This document shows, piece after piece, positions 15,446 through 27,000 of a stretch of 64,000 nt of DNA. Position 1 is the first letter of the stretch. The number at the start of each line of letters is the position of its first letter. Position numbers and translations under genes: made by a program. Source of the DNA: Amoebidium appalachense (taxonomy: Eukaryota; Protista; Ichthyosporea); assembly GCA_963693365.1 (NCBI GenBank), contig CAVNZM010000016.1, forward strand, positions 2,095,984 to 2,159,983. The letters run 5' to 3'. The notes beneath the pieces are model-generated. The model was not told the DNA's origin, did not search any database, and worked only from the letters and a program-made list of their open reading frames with translations.

Positions 15446-15721
15446 TAGTACTGAACAAAAGTAAGAATCTTATCCATGTTTTAGCAAACACTTCTAAATT
15501 TTCGTAAAGTCTGATTGGTGTGAATGACGCATGGCTGTGCCAACCCATAATATTATAGCCTCAGGCATTGCCGGCAACTTATTTTTGACCCAAAATTGCA
15601 AAAATAAAACGGCAGAAATCGCTGCACGTGTCCATTATCTCAAAAGTCCTAAGTACCCTCCTACTGTCGCACGAGGCCGCCACAGTGGGGAACGGAGCCC
15701 CCAAAACGGACGGGCCCCGCC

Positions 15722-15760
<39 letters not shown>

Positions 15761-16754
15761 CTCCTTTTCTCTCTCTGTCGCCCCCCCCTCCCGCCTCTCC
15801 CTCTCCTCGCCGTCGACCCGCAGCTACTCTTCCCCCCCCCCCCTCCCCCCCCCCCCCCCCCCCCTCCCTCCCCCCCCCTCCCCTCACCCCTCACCCACCA
15901 CCCCCCCCTCCATTGCCTCCCCCCTCCCCCCCCCCCCTCCACCCCACCCTCCCACACCAGACACCCCCCTCCTTGTCCTGCCCCCCCCTCTTTCCTCCCA
16001 TCCCACACCCCCCCCCCACCACACAACATCTAAGCCTCTCGCCCCTCCCCTCTCAGCCCCACCCCCTTTGGTCAGACTCTACTCACCTTGCACTTCACAC
16101 CCCTCCACCTTGTGTCTCCACCCCCCCTCCTCCACCCTCTCCCCAAGGGAAAAAGGAATAAAAAAAGAAAAAAAAGAAAAATAGAAACTAAACCGTCCAG
16201 TGGGGGATCCGGAACATGTACATAACTCCTAATCGATATCCTACACTCGATTAGAGCGATACAACACGATAAAGTGGCAATTAGAGATCGAGGCTAATAC
16301 ATAGAGAGTGTGATCTTTATACTAAGGACGTGACTGACCAAACTGAGACTGCGCCCGGTACGTACTCTAACGGACTGCACGCTTAAAGGGGCTTGAAACT
16401 GTGATACGTATAAACTTTTCTTTGAGTTGGGTGGGAAGCGAGCCAAACGTGTCTTAGAAGAACTTGAAAAGCGATCTGCTAAAAACTGTGTGCTTATACC
16501 TAAGCCTACGACTGAGCAAAAATCGATCTAATGATATGTGAAATCTGAAAGCAAAATCGGTCTAGTGATATGTGGAATAGAAGTGGGCAGCACCGAACTG
16601 TAAAAGAATGAAGCCAAGGACGCGCGAACACCCATCCGACGTGTTTACCCAGAAAAAATATTATCAATAAATTCCACAAATAAAACCTCTATGAAAAACT
16701 ACTCCGGGACGTGTGTTGCCTCTAGGGGGACATCCCCTTGGACGGAAGTGAACC

Positions 16755-17842
16755 TCAATGTTGTAAACCACGGCACGAGAGCGGTATGCTTGCTCCAAAG
16801 GTTTCACTTAAGAATAGAGGCGAGTAGTACACGTGTGGTAGTGGCAGCAATGGAGGCCGGGCGAAGTCAGTATAGATCAGGAAACAGTTAGAGGACCATC
16901 TGCCGAGTTGTTTGATCCGGGAGTTGTCGACCCTGGCCTCAGCCAGGGCTGTGGCCCCCCCTGATTCGGAGGCTGTGGCCGGCAAACCGGGAGGGTGAGA
17001 GGCCTGCCCGGGAGAGGAGAGCACGGAAGTCGGCAGAGAAAGCACCCTTGGTGTAGGGAATGCCAACGAGACTGAACAGGGGGTCGTCGGGTTGACCGGA
17101 CGTTGTATCCAGGAACTGCCGGAGGAGATGGGCTGGGGAGAAGTGGGTGAGGGGCAGGGCAGCGAGAGTGACGTTGACACCTTGGGCCTGTACATCTGTC
17201 TTGGAGGTTGGCAGGTGGAGGGTGGCATGGGACAAAGTACCGGTTGGGGTGTAGCTGAAGGTCACGCCCTTCCTTTTAACGTGACGGGACAGGTCGAAGG
17301 AAGTCAGGGTCTTGGAGGTAAATTCCCCCGAACGGAGGAGACCACAAAAACCGACGACGAGGACCGTCCATAGCCGGAGATTGGCCGAGGAGGCCTTGGT
17401 GGGGGTGGCACTGGCCATGGAGTAGGCTGAGGTGGGAGGGCAGTAGGGGCTCCCTGGTAGATGATCGGGGCCGGATGTTGTGAGTAAGCTGCCATCTGCC
17501 CATCCCTCGTAGGAACCAGGCCAGAGACTTGTCGTGGGGGTAGGGAGCAGGGAGGCCCATGTCGAGGTGGCGTCTGGTGATGGCCGAATTGTAGCCGGCC
17601 AAGGAAGAGGCCTGTACCCCTCGTTGGGCACACCAGGCGAGAAAGAGCTGCACGGTGTGTGGGGAGGCCGGGAGGTAGGACCCGGAGGAGGACTGCAGCC
17701 GAGATGCCACACAAAAATCGATGAACACTTTTTGCACCCGGGAGTAAAATGCCCGAGAGTCGAGGTTGAGACTCAGGGCCTGGCATTCCTGCAGGGTAGT
17801 GGTGGCTCGAAGCAGCTCGGCCGGAGCAAAGTGGGGGGCCAA
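16755..17842 (-). pseudogene. Tyrosine recombinase (SAM-like plus catalytic domain) across three frames
   Basis: GFCGLLRSGEF, LPTSKTD, GHSLR(I)GGATALA, IKQLGRWSSNCFLIY. Confidence 0.9.
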
Positions 17843-17899
17843 TCTGCCGGCGTTGCTCCGGAAGGGGAGATCTGGGGGGGGGGGGGGGGGGGTAGCCCA

Positions 17900-19569
17900 G
17901 GGGATAGGATAGGAACTCGTGGACCCAGGAGGGGAAGGGGCCGGGGCTCCGGTTGCAGGGAAGGTCGGAGTCGTCGGGCTCGGGGAAGTTGGTTACGAGA
18001 AATGGCATCGGCTAGATGGTTGAGGGGTCCCGGTAGGTAGGAGGCCTGTAACGTAAATTGGTATTGCATTTCCATGCGGGTGATGAACCGAATAAGTTTG
18101 GCCATCACGGGGTGGGGGGAAGACCGGGAGTGCAGGTCAGACACAGCACCCGTGTTGTCGCATAAAATACGGACATGGTGCCGTGGGTGGACCAGGAGGG
18201 GGCCCAGAGGGCCACGGCGGCTGCGATGGCCAAGAGTTCGATGACGGAGGAACCGAGTTTACCCTCATGAGCATAGAGGGCTTGGGTGGAGGGAGACCAG
18301 GGCATGAAAAACCATTGGTCGAGCCAGTGGCCCCCTAGACCCACGGATCCGGCAGCATCGGTGGCCAGGGTGGTGTATGTGGGGGGGTGATAAGGTGCAC
18401 CCCATTCCATGATGTGAGGAACTGGTGCCATTCGGTTATGTCTGCCCGGGCGGCAGCAGACAGCCGTATGTGGTGGTGCCTGGCAAGGTGTGGGTGTTTT
18501 CGGAGAAGGCCCGCCCATAGGCGCTGGGAGAAGGCCCGCCCGGGGGGACCAGCTGGGAACACCAGGTGAGTTTTCCGAGGAGGGATTGCAGGTCCCGAAT
18601 GGTGAATCAGATGGTGGGTGTTGGGTGGGAAGTGAGGTCGAGTAGGTCCGAGAGTTTCAGGAAGCAGGGATCCGTGCCTCCATGGTAATGGAGTCGAATT
18701 CGATACCGATGAAGATGATACGGGTAGCCGGGCCCTGCATCTTGTCTTCGGAGATGGCAATGTGCAGCTCTCGGCAGAGTTGCAGGAAGGTGGATAGGTG
18801 ACGTTGGCACTGCTCTTGGGTGGGGGCGACTATAATCCAGTCGTCTACGTAGTGGCGGATGAGGGTAACACCGTGCTGGTGTGCCAGCCACTGGAGGGTG
18901 GCCGCGATCCGTTCCCAGATGGCTGGGCTAGATTTCAGGCCGAAGGGCAGTCGGGTGTCAACGTAAAAATGCCCCTGCCATTTGAATGCCATTAAGTGAT
19001 GGTCTTCTGGTCGGATGGGCATGTGCCGGAAGGCAGCATGCACGTCTGCCACGGCCATGTAGCAGCCGGGGCCTGCGTCGAGAATGAGCTGGGTGACGTC
19101 CCGGGCTCGGATGTACTGAAGTTCGTCGGGGTAGGTGACGCTGTCATTGACGCTGCTGCCCCGGGGCCATGAGAGGTGGTGGATTCGACGGTATTTGGGG
19201 GGGTTCCCTTTTTAGTAACGGCGCCGATGGGGGAGGAACGGTGGACCGGAAATCGGCGAAGAATTGGTCCGGGGAGAGGGGGCCGCGCAGGTGGCCGAGG
19301 GCGACTTCGTTGGCAATATCCGCCGTGATAGCGGCAGCAGCAGCCGGGGTGGTGGGTAGGTTGGGGCCCACCCGAGAGGTGGAGGGGCCGCGGTAGCCGA
19401 TGTCGACACCGAATTCGACATCGTGGAGGAGCTGCGCGGCGAATGATTGGTCTGGGTAGGATGCCAGCAGCTCCCGGAGGCGGGAGGTGTCAATGTGGTG
19501 CTGGGGCAGCGGGCGGGCCTCCGGGTCTGAGCCTCGGGGGAAGGTGTGGCTAGGGCAAGGGTGGGGCAC
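17900..19569 (-). pseudogene. Reverse transcriptase / RNase H of the Ngaro element
   Basis: LSWPRGSSVND, DVHAAFRHMPI, LPFGLKSSP, HYVDDWII; RNase H motifs ATDAAGSVGLG and IELLAI, plus NHLADAISR. Confidence 0.92.
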
Positions 19570-19591
19570 CCTTGGGGAGGTCCCGGCAGCG

Positions 19592-19643
<52 letters not shown>

Positions 19644-20851
19644 GCAGGGCCCCGGGGGGGATAGAGTAGGGCAGCTGGGCCCGAGGAGGGTTTGCAGGGA
19701 GGGCAGCGGGGCCCTGTGCAGGGGATGCGGGCCGAGCACGTGGGGGTGTGGGCGGACACAGAGGTAGAAGAAGGGGGGAGGGAGTGCTAGGTGAGTGCCA
19801 GGGGGGGAGGCTCGTGGGATGGGGGGGGAGTAAAATAGTGCAGTGGCCAGAATAACGTCTTCGTGTAGGGACATTTATTCTTGGCGCGCGCGCGAGACGT
19901 AGTTGGCCTGCGAAAATTTGTACTCAGCCCTATTGGCCCGTTTTCCCGAGCTCCGTTTCCTTGTACCCGTGTGTCCTAGCTCCTAGCCCCTATGTTCTAT
20001 CTGTGTGTGTGCGCGTAGACTAGGCATTTGCTCAACAGTCTTTGGGGGGGTGGCCAGAGCAGAGCGGGCCGGGAGAGGGGCGGCCAGCGACCGACGATGA
20101 ATCCTCAGTGCGTGGGATCCACAGCTCGGGCAGCCGCCGCGGCTTGGCCCCCGCCGGGTTATGGGAGGGAGGTGGTGCTTGGCGGCCATGTATGGGTCCA
20201 AGCTTGGATCCAAAGGGAGGAGAGGGGAACGTGTACAAACGGGTTTGTCATTGCGAAAAGCCTCGATGCTGCCGTCGTCGGCCTGCGCAGCTGCTGGCCT
20301 TTCTTGGATGGGGCCAGGAGGGCTGCGGGGGTGAACTTATACAGGTCGACGAAACGATTGGCGCGCAAATCTGCCAGCACACCGCGGGGGAAGCGGCAGT
20401 GTGCCCGGCTGAATGTCGCCAGTGTTCTCAGCTGTAATGGGGGGCGCGGGCAGGGCAGGTAGGTCCAGGTCAGGGCCGAGATGCAGTCCCGGGGAAACCT
20501 CCCCGGGTGCGGAGGGTGCGGCGGGGGGCGCGGGAGGGTCGCGGTTGGTGAGAGCGGCCAGGACGCCAGCCATCTGGGTGCTGATGGCGGTGAGGGCGGC
20601 AAGGACGGCGTCTCGAGAAGTCATCGGCGGGGACGGCGGGGCCTGAGGAGGGACTTCAGGAGTAGCCTAGGGAGAGTAGCCGGAGGGTCCGTGGTGGTAT
20701 GGGCCTCCGGAGGCGCGTCAGGGCCCGCGGGAGCGTTGGTCAGCCTGTGGCGGAGGTCGCTGCGGGTCAGGCGCTTAGGTGCCACGGCAGGGGCGGTGGC
20801 TGAGGCCTGGCGCTTTTTCGGCGGCATGCACTACATATGGGGGCGCGGCAC

Positions 20852-20894
20852 ATGGTCGACGTGACGTCATCAAAGATGACGTCACCTCGACCAT
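20852..20894. other. 20-bp-stem hairpin near the putative viral left terminus
   Basis: ATGGTCGACGTGACGTCATC-AAA-GATGACGTCACCTCGACCAT, one mismatch. Confidence 0.85.
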
Positions 20895-21171
20895 TATCCG
20901 CACCCCCCCCCAGGATATGGGATATGTGGATATGAGATGTGTGATATCTGTGTACATATCGCGATATGGGATATATGAGATGTGGGTGGATATATGTACA
21001 GGAGCACGTGCACACACTGTGTGTGTAAAACACGTGCAGAGCACGTGGTTTTAATTAAATGATTAAACAATTAAAGAGAGGGAGGGCGGAACACGTGTAC
21101 GCGTACGTGTACGCGTACGTGTGGTGCGTACATGTACACAAGTGCGGATCAAAGGAATGCGAAGGTTTGCG

Positions 21172-21383
21172 CAAGGCGTCCAATGGGAATTCGAATTCTG
21201 AATTCCATGTACAAGGCGTCCAATGGTATTACGGGTGCGCAGGGCGACCAATGATAATTCGGCTCAAAAAAGCAAATTGCCGCACAAGGCGTCCAATGAG
21301 CATTAAGGACAGCACATTCCATCCCCAAGGCGTCCAATGAGCGCCCGGATCGGTCAATCTGGGTCTCTTATTGGACGCCTTAG
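21172..21383. promoter_or_regulatory. Iterated CAAGGCGTCCAATG (CCAAT-containing) motifs upstream of polB
   Basis: Direct copies at 21172, 21212, 21240 (variant), 21285 and 21326; inverted copy at 21369. Confidence 0.75.
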
Positions 21384-22382
21384 GTACACAGGCGGCCGCC
21401 GCGACCACACACACACACACACAAACAAACACGTACCGACGTTGTTTTTTGCAAGATGTTTGCTTTGGAGATTTATTGCACAGGCACAGGGCCTTTGTTA
21501 TTTTGCATACTGTTCTTTATTGAGGCGTTGCCCTGGCACAGCCAGGCTTGGCCTAGTAATTATTAAGTAGATTGATACTTGAGATTTATAAGATTACAGC
21601 CTGAGATCTAAGGTTACATTTCAAGATGTTCAGAGAGAGCCAGGAAGAGTTTGAAGATGACCTGTTGCGGGCACTGGATGCCGACCCGCAGCAGGTCCTG
21701 CAAGCCCACCCGTTTCTGCAGGCCATGTTGGCCCCACCACCCCCACCCCCACCCCCTCCCCGGCCTCCCCCCGGCCCCCGCCCCCATCAATCACCCCGAT
21801 GACCCCCAGGTCATTGCCATGCCGGCCGAGGGCAACTGGCGGCTGCGTTCCCGTGTAGATGACATGCAGGCACGGGGATTGGGTGTGCGTGGTCACACCC
21901 TCGAGTACCAACCCCTGCGCACCCTTGACGTCACCGAGTTCCCCCAGTTCTTTGCTGCCATGCTGTTCGATGCCATTGCCCGTGCAGATGTGCAGGTGGG
22001 GGACATGCTGATTGTGCGTATCATCAGCCTGCACGTGCAGGCCAACGGTGTGGACAACCAGGTGGGGGATGATGGCAACCCCAATGCCGATGTCACCAAC
22101 CGTCGTGTGTTTACAGCCGGCCCCATGGAGGTGTTCAATGGTGATGTCAACGCCGTGGTGCTCAAGCTGATGGAGAACATACGGCAACGCACCCAGAGTG
22201 CAGCCGAGACCTTCATGGACGGCCGATCCAGCGTGCATCTGACGGTGGCCCGGCCCAAGGACATGGTGAGGAGGGGGGCCTGCGGCACCCTGTCCACCAC
22301 CACGGGGGTGAATGCACGGTGGCTGCAGGATCTGGTGGAGGCCAAGGCCGTGGTGGATGTGACCGCCCTGGTGCAGGATGCC

Positions 22383-23272
22383 TGCATGTAAAATTATATA
22401 AGTATTTGGGATGTAAGCAGAGACACAGTGGTGCAGTGTGAAAACACCACAGACACACACAACAACAAAACACGGAACGATCGGAGCAATACAAAAGACA
22501 TAATTTTAGACACGCAAATTATCTATCTCGAATAAATACCTAAATTCCTCTAAGTCCAATCCATATATGATTTCCGACCAGTCGAAATCAGATCTATCTC
22601 TAATAGAAACCAATCACTAAGAACCAATTGCTTTCAGAGAGATCCGGTACGGAGACGAAGAAGGACAAGACATAGTTAAGATCAACTCGTGTCATCATCA
22701 AGGAAGTCTAACCTATGACAACTGCAAAACCAGACAACACACTTAACCTTGATGATTGGTTAAAGCCCGGCAACACAGAAAATAAATATTGAAGTCTAAA
22801 CACACATGCTATTCTAAGTGTAGCCTAAGTGTGTTACCGTCAATGAACACGTATTAAGTAACACAAATCTACCTAACATATATTAGTACTACAAAAGAAA
22901 TACGATTATACACATGAAGACAAGGAGAGAAAGAAAAGAAAATAAGGAAGGAGAAAGAGGAAGGAAAAGAGAGCACAGATCAACAAACAAGATAGTAATA
23001 GCATAACTATAACCAGAGATATTTATGTACACACGAACATGTACACGTCTCTCCCTGAGTGGGTGGATCCGTGTACACACATATAAATAATCTAAATGAT
23101 ATTACAACACACGATTAAAGCCGATACAACACGATTAAAAGTATACAAGCATATCGGATATCGATGCTACACTTTACATAATAGGAGTGTGGCATATACA
23201 CTAAGCATATGAACTGAAACATAACACAAACTGAGAAGATCTTACCATATGTAAATACCACGTATTACAACA
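22383..23272 (-). mobile_element. Solo LTR-like insertion 1 in polB
   Basis: AT-rich, TG...CA ends, TSD ATGCC (alternatively 9-bp ATGCCTGCA with start at 22387). Removal gives in-frame QDACTTDDPQV. Confidence 0.85.
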
Positions 23273-23380
23273 ATGCCTGCACCACCGACGACCCACAGGT
23301 GACCGGGGAGACCTGCCTGGACCATCAGCAGCTTCACGGCTTTGCCTACGGCCCCAACTGTGCCCAGCTGTGCCTGGTGT

Positions 23381-23472
23381 TGTTGGAATACGTCACCATG
23401 TATGACAGCAAGAGCCTTGAAGTATGTATGTGTCCTAGCTTGTTTGTATTCGTGTCTGCTTTCCTTCTTTGT

Positions 23473-23506
<34 letters not shown>

Positions 23507-24076
23507 CCCCCCCCCCCCCCCCCCCCCCGTATCTCTCTCTCCCTTGTTTCTGTGGGCACAGATATCTGTAGATCTGTGCACACCTGGCTCTCTTGCCTGA
23601 TAAAATTATTTATTTTATTTTTCTCTCCTCTTTTATCTGAGAGGTACGTGACTAGCCTCACTCGTTTCTTTCCTTTATTTCCTATTTTTTCTCAAAAGGA
23701 TGGCCGCAAAGATTTAATTTTAGTTTAATATAAAATTAATTTATAAAATAGGAAATATATTTAAATAGTTTCTTTATAGAAAGAAATAAAATATATGTGA
23801 GTAATAGTATATTAAATTATTATATTTTATTTAATCGGAAGTTGAATCGTATCTCTTCGGAATTGTTTTTTATTCTAAGAACCGATTGTTCTCCCTCTTT
23901 AGTTGTGATAAGGTGATAAGTAAAGTACAAAAGGAACCAGAGAAATAAAGATTCATTTTTTTGAAATCTTTCAATGTCTCGTGAACAACTCCGATTGCCC
24001 TCTCATTAATGTGTTAAGTCGTGTTTTACATGACACCTCTGTGCACTCTGCTCCCTTAGACCCGTACAAAACAACA
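23381..24076 (+). mobile_element. Solo LTR insertion 2 in polB
   Basis: TGTTG...CAACA ends, TSD GGTGT (23376-80 and 24077-81). Removal gives in-frame QLCLVYCMVMWLKK. Confidence 0.92.
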
Positions 24077-27000
24077 GGTGTACTGCATGGTGATGTGGCT
24101 CAAGAAGGCAGCCAATGGCAACGAGCAGGCCAACCTGCCCACCGAGCACACACGCAAGGTGCTGGGCAAGGGGGGCAGCCTCATGGATCGCAAGGACCAC
24201 CACGTGCTGTGCCACCTGCTGACCCTGGGGGATGTGCTGGGGGTGGGCAACGTCCCTGGGGGGTCAGATCTTCCGGCTGTGGGGTGTGCAACCTGCTTAT
24301 GCCCCCACCCAACTACCGTACCTCCTTCCAGGACCGTTACCTGCGGAGACTGGTGAGGGCAACCCGCGTGCTGTGGGCCAAGTACGGCCTGCCCGTGCCT
24401 GCAGAGGACGGCCTGACGGTGGATGAGCTGGGTGCAGCCGTGGATGCCCTCAACACGGCCATTGCCGAGCAGCCCGAGTCAGTCACCCGCCTGCGGCTGG
24501 TGGTGGTGGACATGGACAGCGGGGCCAGAGTGCTACGCCGGTACGGGGACCTGAGCACGGCCCTACCCCCCTCCAAGCTGTGCACCATGTACTTGGCCCA
24601 CTCCCAGAAGCTGGGGCACTTCACGGCCATCACCTCCAGTGTCAGCACGGCCATCGAGCGCCTACGACACAGCAACCACACGGGGGAGGTACGCCGGAGC
24701 CTCAGCACCTGCTTCCACTGCAACCAGACCGTGCAAGCCAAGAACATGGGGAAACACCGTTGTGTGAACCAGTGTGACAACTGTGGGTCAAAGGGGGACC
24801 GCAACGACCAGGCCAACGCCTGTGTGTGGACCCCCGAGCGCCGTCTGCAGCTTGCACGGGCAGGGGAGGAGGCATGGCCTTACCGTTGTGACGACTGCTG
24901 TGGCCTCTTCCCGTCGGCCAAGTGCATGGCCAACCACAGCACCAAGCTCAAGGGCTCAGGGGCAGGGGCCGGCGGCAAGGGACTGTCCTTCTGCGACAAC
25001 GTGTTCTGGTGCCGGCTGGACACGTGCACCCACGGCCTGCAGGGGTACAGGGTGATGGATGCTGGGGATGGTGCCCGCCGGGTGTGTGTGTCAGGCAACC
25101 CTGCCGGCCGGTTCTTCTACAAGTTCAAGTACGCCAGCGTGCGCCGGCTACGTCGGTTGCACACCGCCCAGGAGCAAGGGGGGTACAATGCAGGTGCAGA
25201 TGCCGGCTCCAACGACGAGGGGGAGGACTGGGGCTGGGGCACGGACACGGAGGAGGACTCGGATGCCGAGGATGCCGACTCAGACCCCCCACCCGGCCTT
25301 GCCGACTCGTCGGACGACGAAGGTGACGATGATGACAACGGCGATGGCATCGACCTCATGCAGATGTCTGAGGGGGAGGGGGATGATGGGGGTGAGCACG
25401 GGGGCAAGAAGAAGGACGACACGTGGACACAGCACCTGTGCACCGACTACGACTGCAAGGGCTGTGGGGGGTACATGCCCGGCAACCACACGTGTCTCAT
25501 ACGCAGCAAGCGTGACCAGCGACGTGTGTACATGTGCACGCACACGGATGCAGACGGCACGGCGTGCGACAGGGTGGCGTGCTACTCCAACGAGCATGGG
25601 CAGGGGGAGGAGGGGGAGGAGGGGGGAGGGGGAGGGGGGAGAGTCACCTGCACGGCAGAGGGCCAGGGTGGATGGTGCCGACGGCAGGGTGGGTGCACAC
25701 GTGTGCAAACGGCACGTGCCCGACGACGATGGCAGCAGGGGGCCGTGGAAGCAGACCCGGCAGCCCATCAGGGACATCGTGCTGGACTTCGAGACCATGC
25801 CCGTGCCTGCCCCCGACCACACGCCCGAAAACCCCCACTTCATCCACATCGTGTACCATGCAGTGGCCATGTACGTCGAGCCAATGGACGGCCAGCCCTC
25901 AACCCCCATCGTCTTCTGGCCGGAGGACTCGGCCGACGGCAAGAACGGGTGGGATGTGCTGATGGAGGACCACCACCACGTGATTGACAAGGTGGTGGCA
26001 TGGCTGTTCGACACCCCTGCCCATGCCGGCGGCCGGGTGTACTGCCACAACGGCAGTGGCTTTGACTTCCACTTTGTGACCAAGAGGGTGGTGGGCAGCC
26101 AGGACTACGTGTACGTGCCCATCATGGCCAACAGCAAGATCAAGTCCTGCCGTATACGCCACTACGTCAAGAATGCCGGTGCACCAGCAGCCCCCGTGCC
26201 CATGCGGGTGGATGGTGATGGTGATGGTGATGGTGATGGTGCCGATGGCCATGGCCATGGCCACGATGGCAATGGTCATGGTGATGGCCATGGTGATGGC
26301 CATGGTGATGGCCATGGTGATGTGCAGCAGGCAGCAGCAGCAGCAGGCACCGGCCGGAAGAGGAGGCACGGGGGGCAGAGGGGGGACGGCAGCCGCACGA
26401 CGGTGGTGGAGCTGACGTTCGTGGACACCCTCAACTTCCTCACCATGTCGCTGTCGGACGCCGGCAAGGCCATGGGGTGCCAGGAGACGAAGGGCCACTT
26501 CCCCCACCGTGCAGCCAACTTTGCCAACTTCAAGGCCGGCCACATCCCCTTCCCCGGGCCCGAGGACTTTGGGGCCCAGGACATGAAGCCCAAGCAGCAT
26601 GCTGCCTTCATGCAGTGGTGGCGGGAGGAGCAGGCACGGCTGCAGGGGCAGGCACCGGCGGGCACGTGCTACGACATTGCCCAGCAGTGCGAGGACTACT
26701 GTGTCAAGGATGTGGTGCTGCTGCAGCAGGTGGTCAAGGCCTTCATGTCGAAACTCATCGGGCTGACGGGCATCGACCCCTTCACATGCGTCACCCTTGC
26801 TTCCCTCGCCATGCACTTCTGGATCACGCAGGCCATGCCCAAGGACGTGGCCGTGATGCGTGACCAGACCATGGGCAACGTGAACAGCAGCAAGAAGGAG
26901 CAGGAGTACATCGACTACGTCACCCACGGCCTGGGGGTGGGGCCAGACGACGTTGCACGGCACGTGGCCACCGGGTACGACCCCCACGGCAGGGCCACGG

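Larger units (their letters stand above)
16755..20827 (-). mobile_element. Ngaro-type (DIRS order) tyrosine-recombinase retrotransposon, frameshifted
   Basis: Gene order gag-like, RT, RNase H, YR. No DIRS-type methyltransferase domain seen. Terminal split repeats were not found. Confidence 0.88.

Noticed and set aside
16200-16750. Ngaro split direct repeats
   Set aside because: No repeated partner could be found within the window.
22388-24331. Spliceosomal introns in viral polB
   Set aside because: GT/AG sites exist, but the first pair is out of phase. TG..CA ends with TSDs explain both large gaps, and a G-run shift explains the third.
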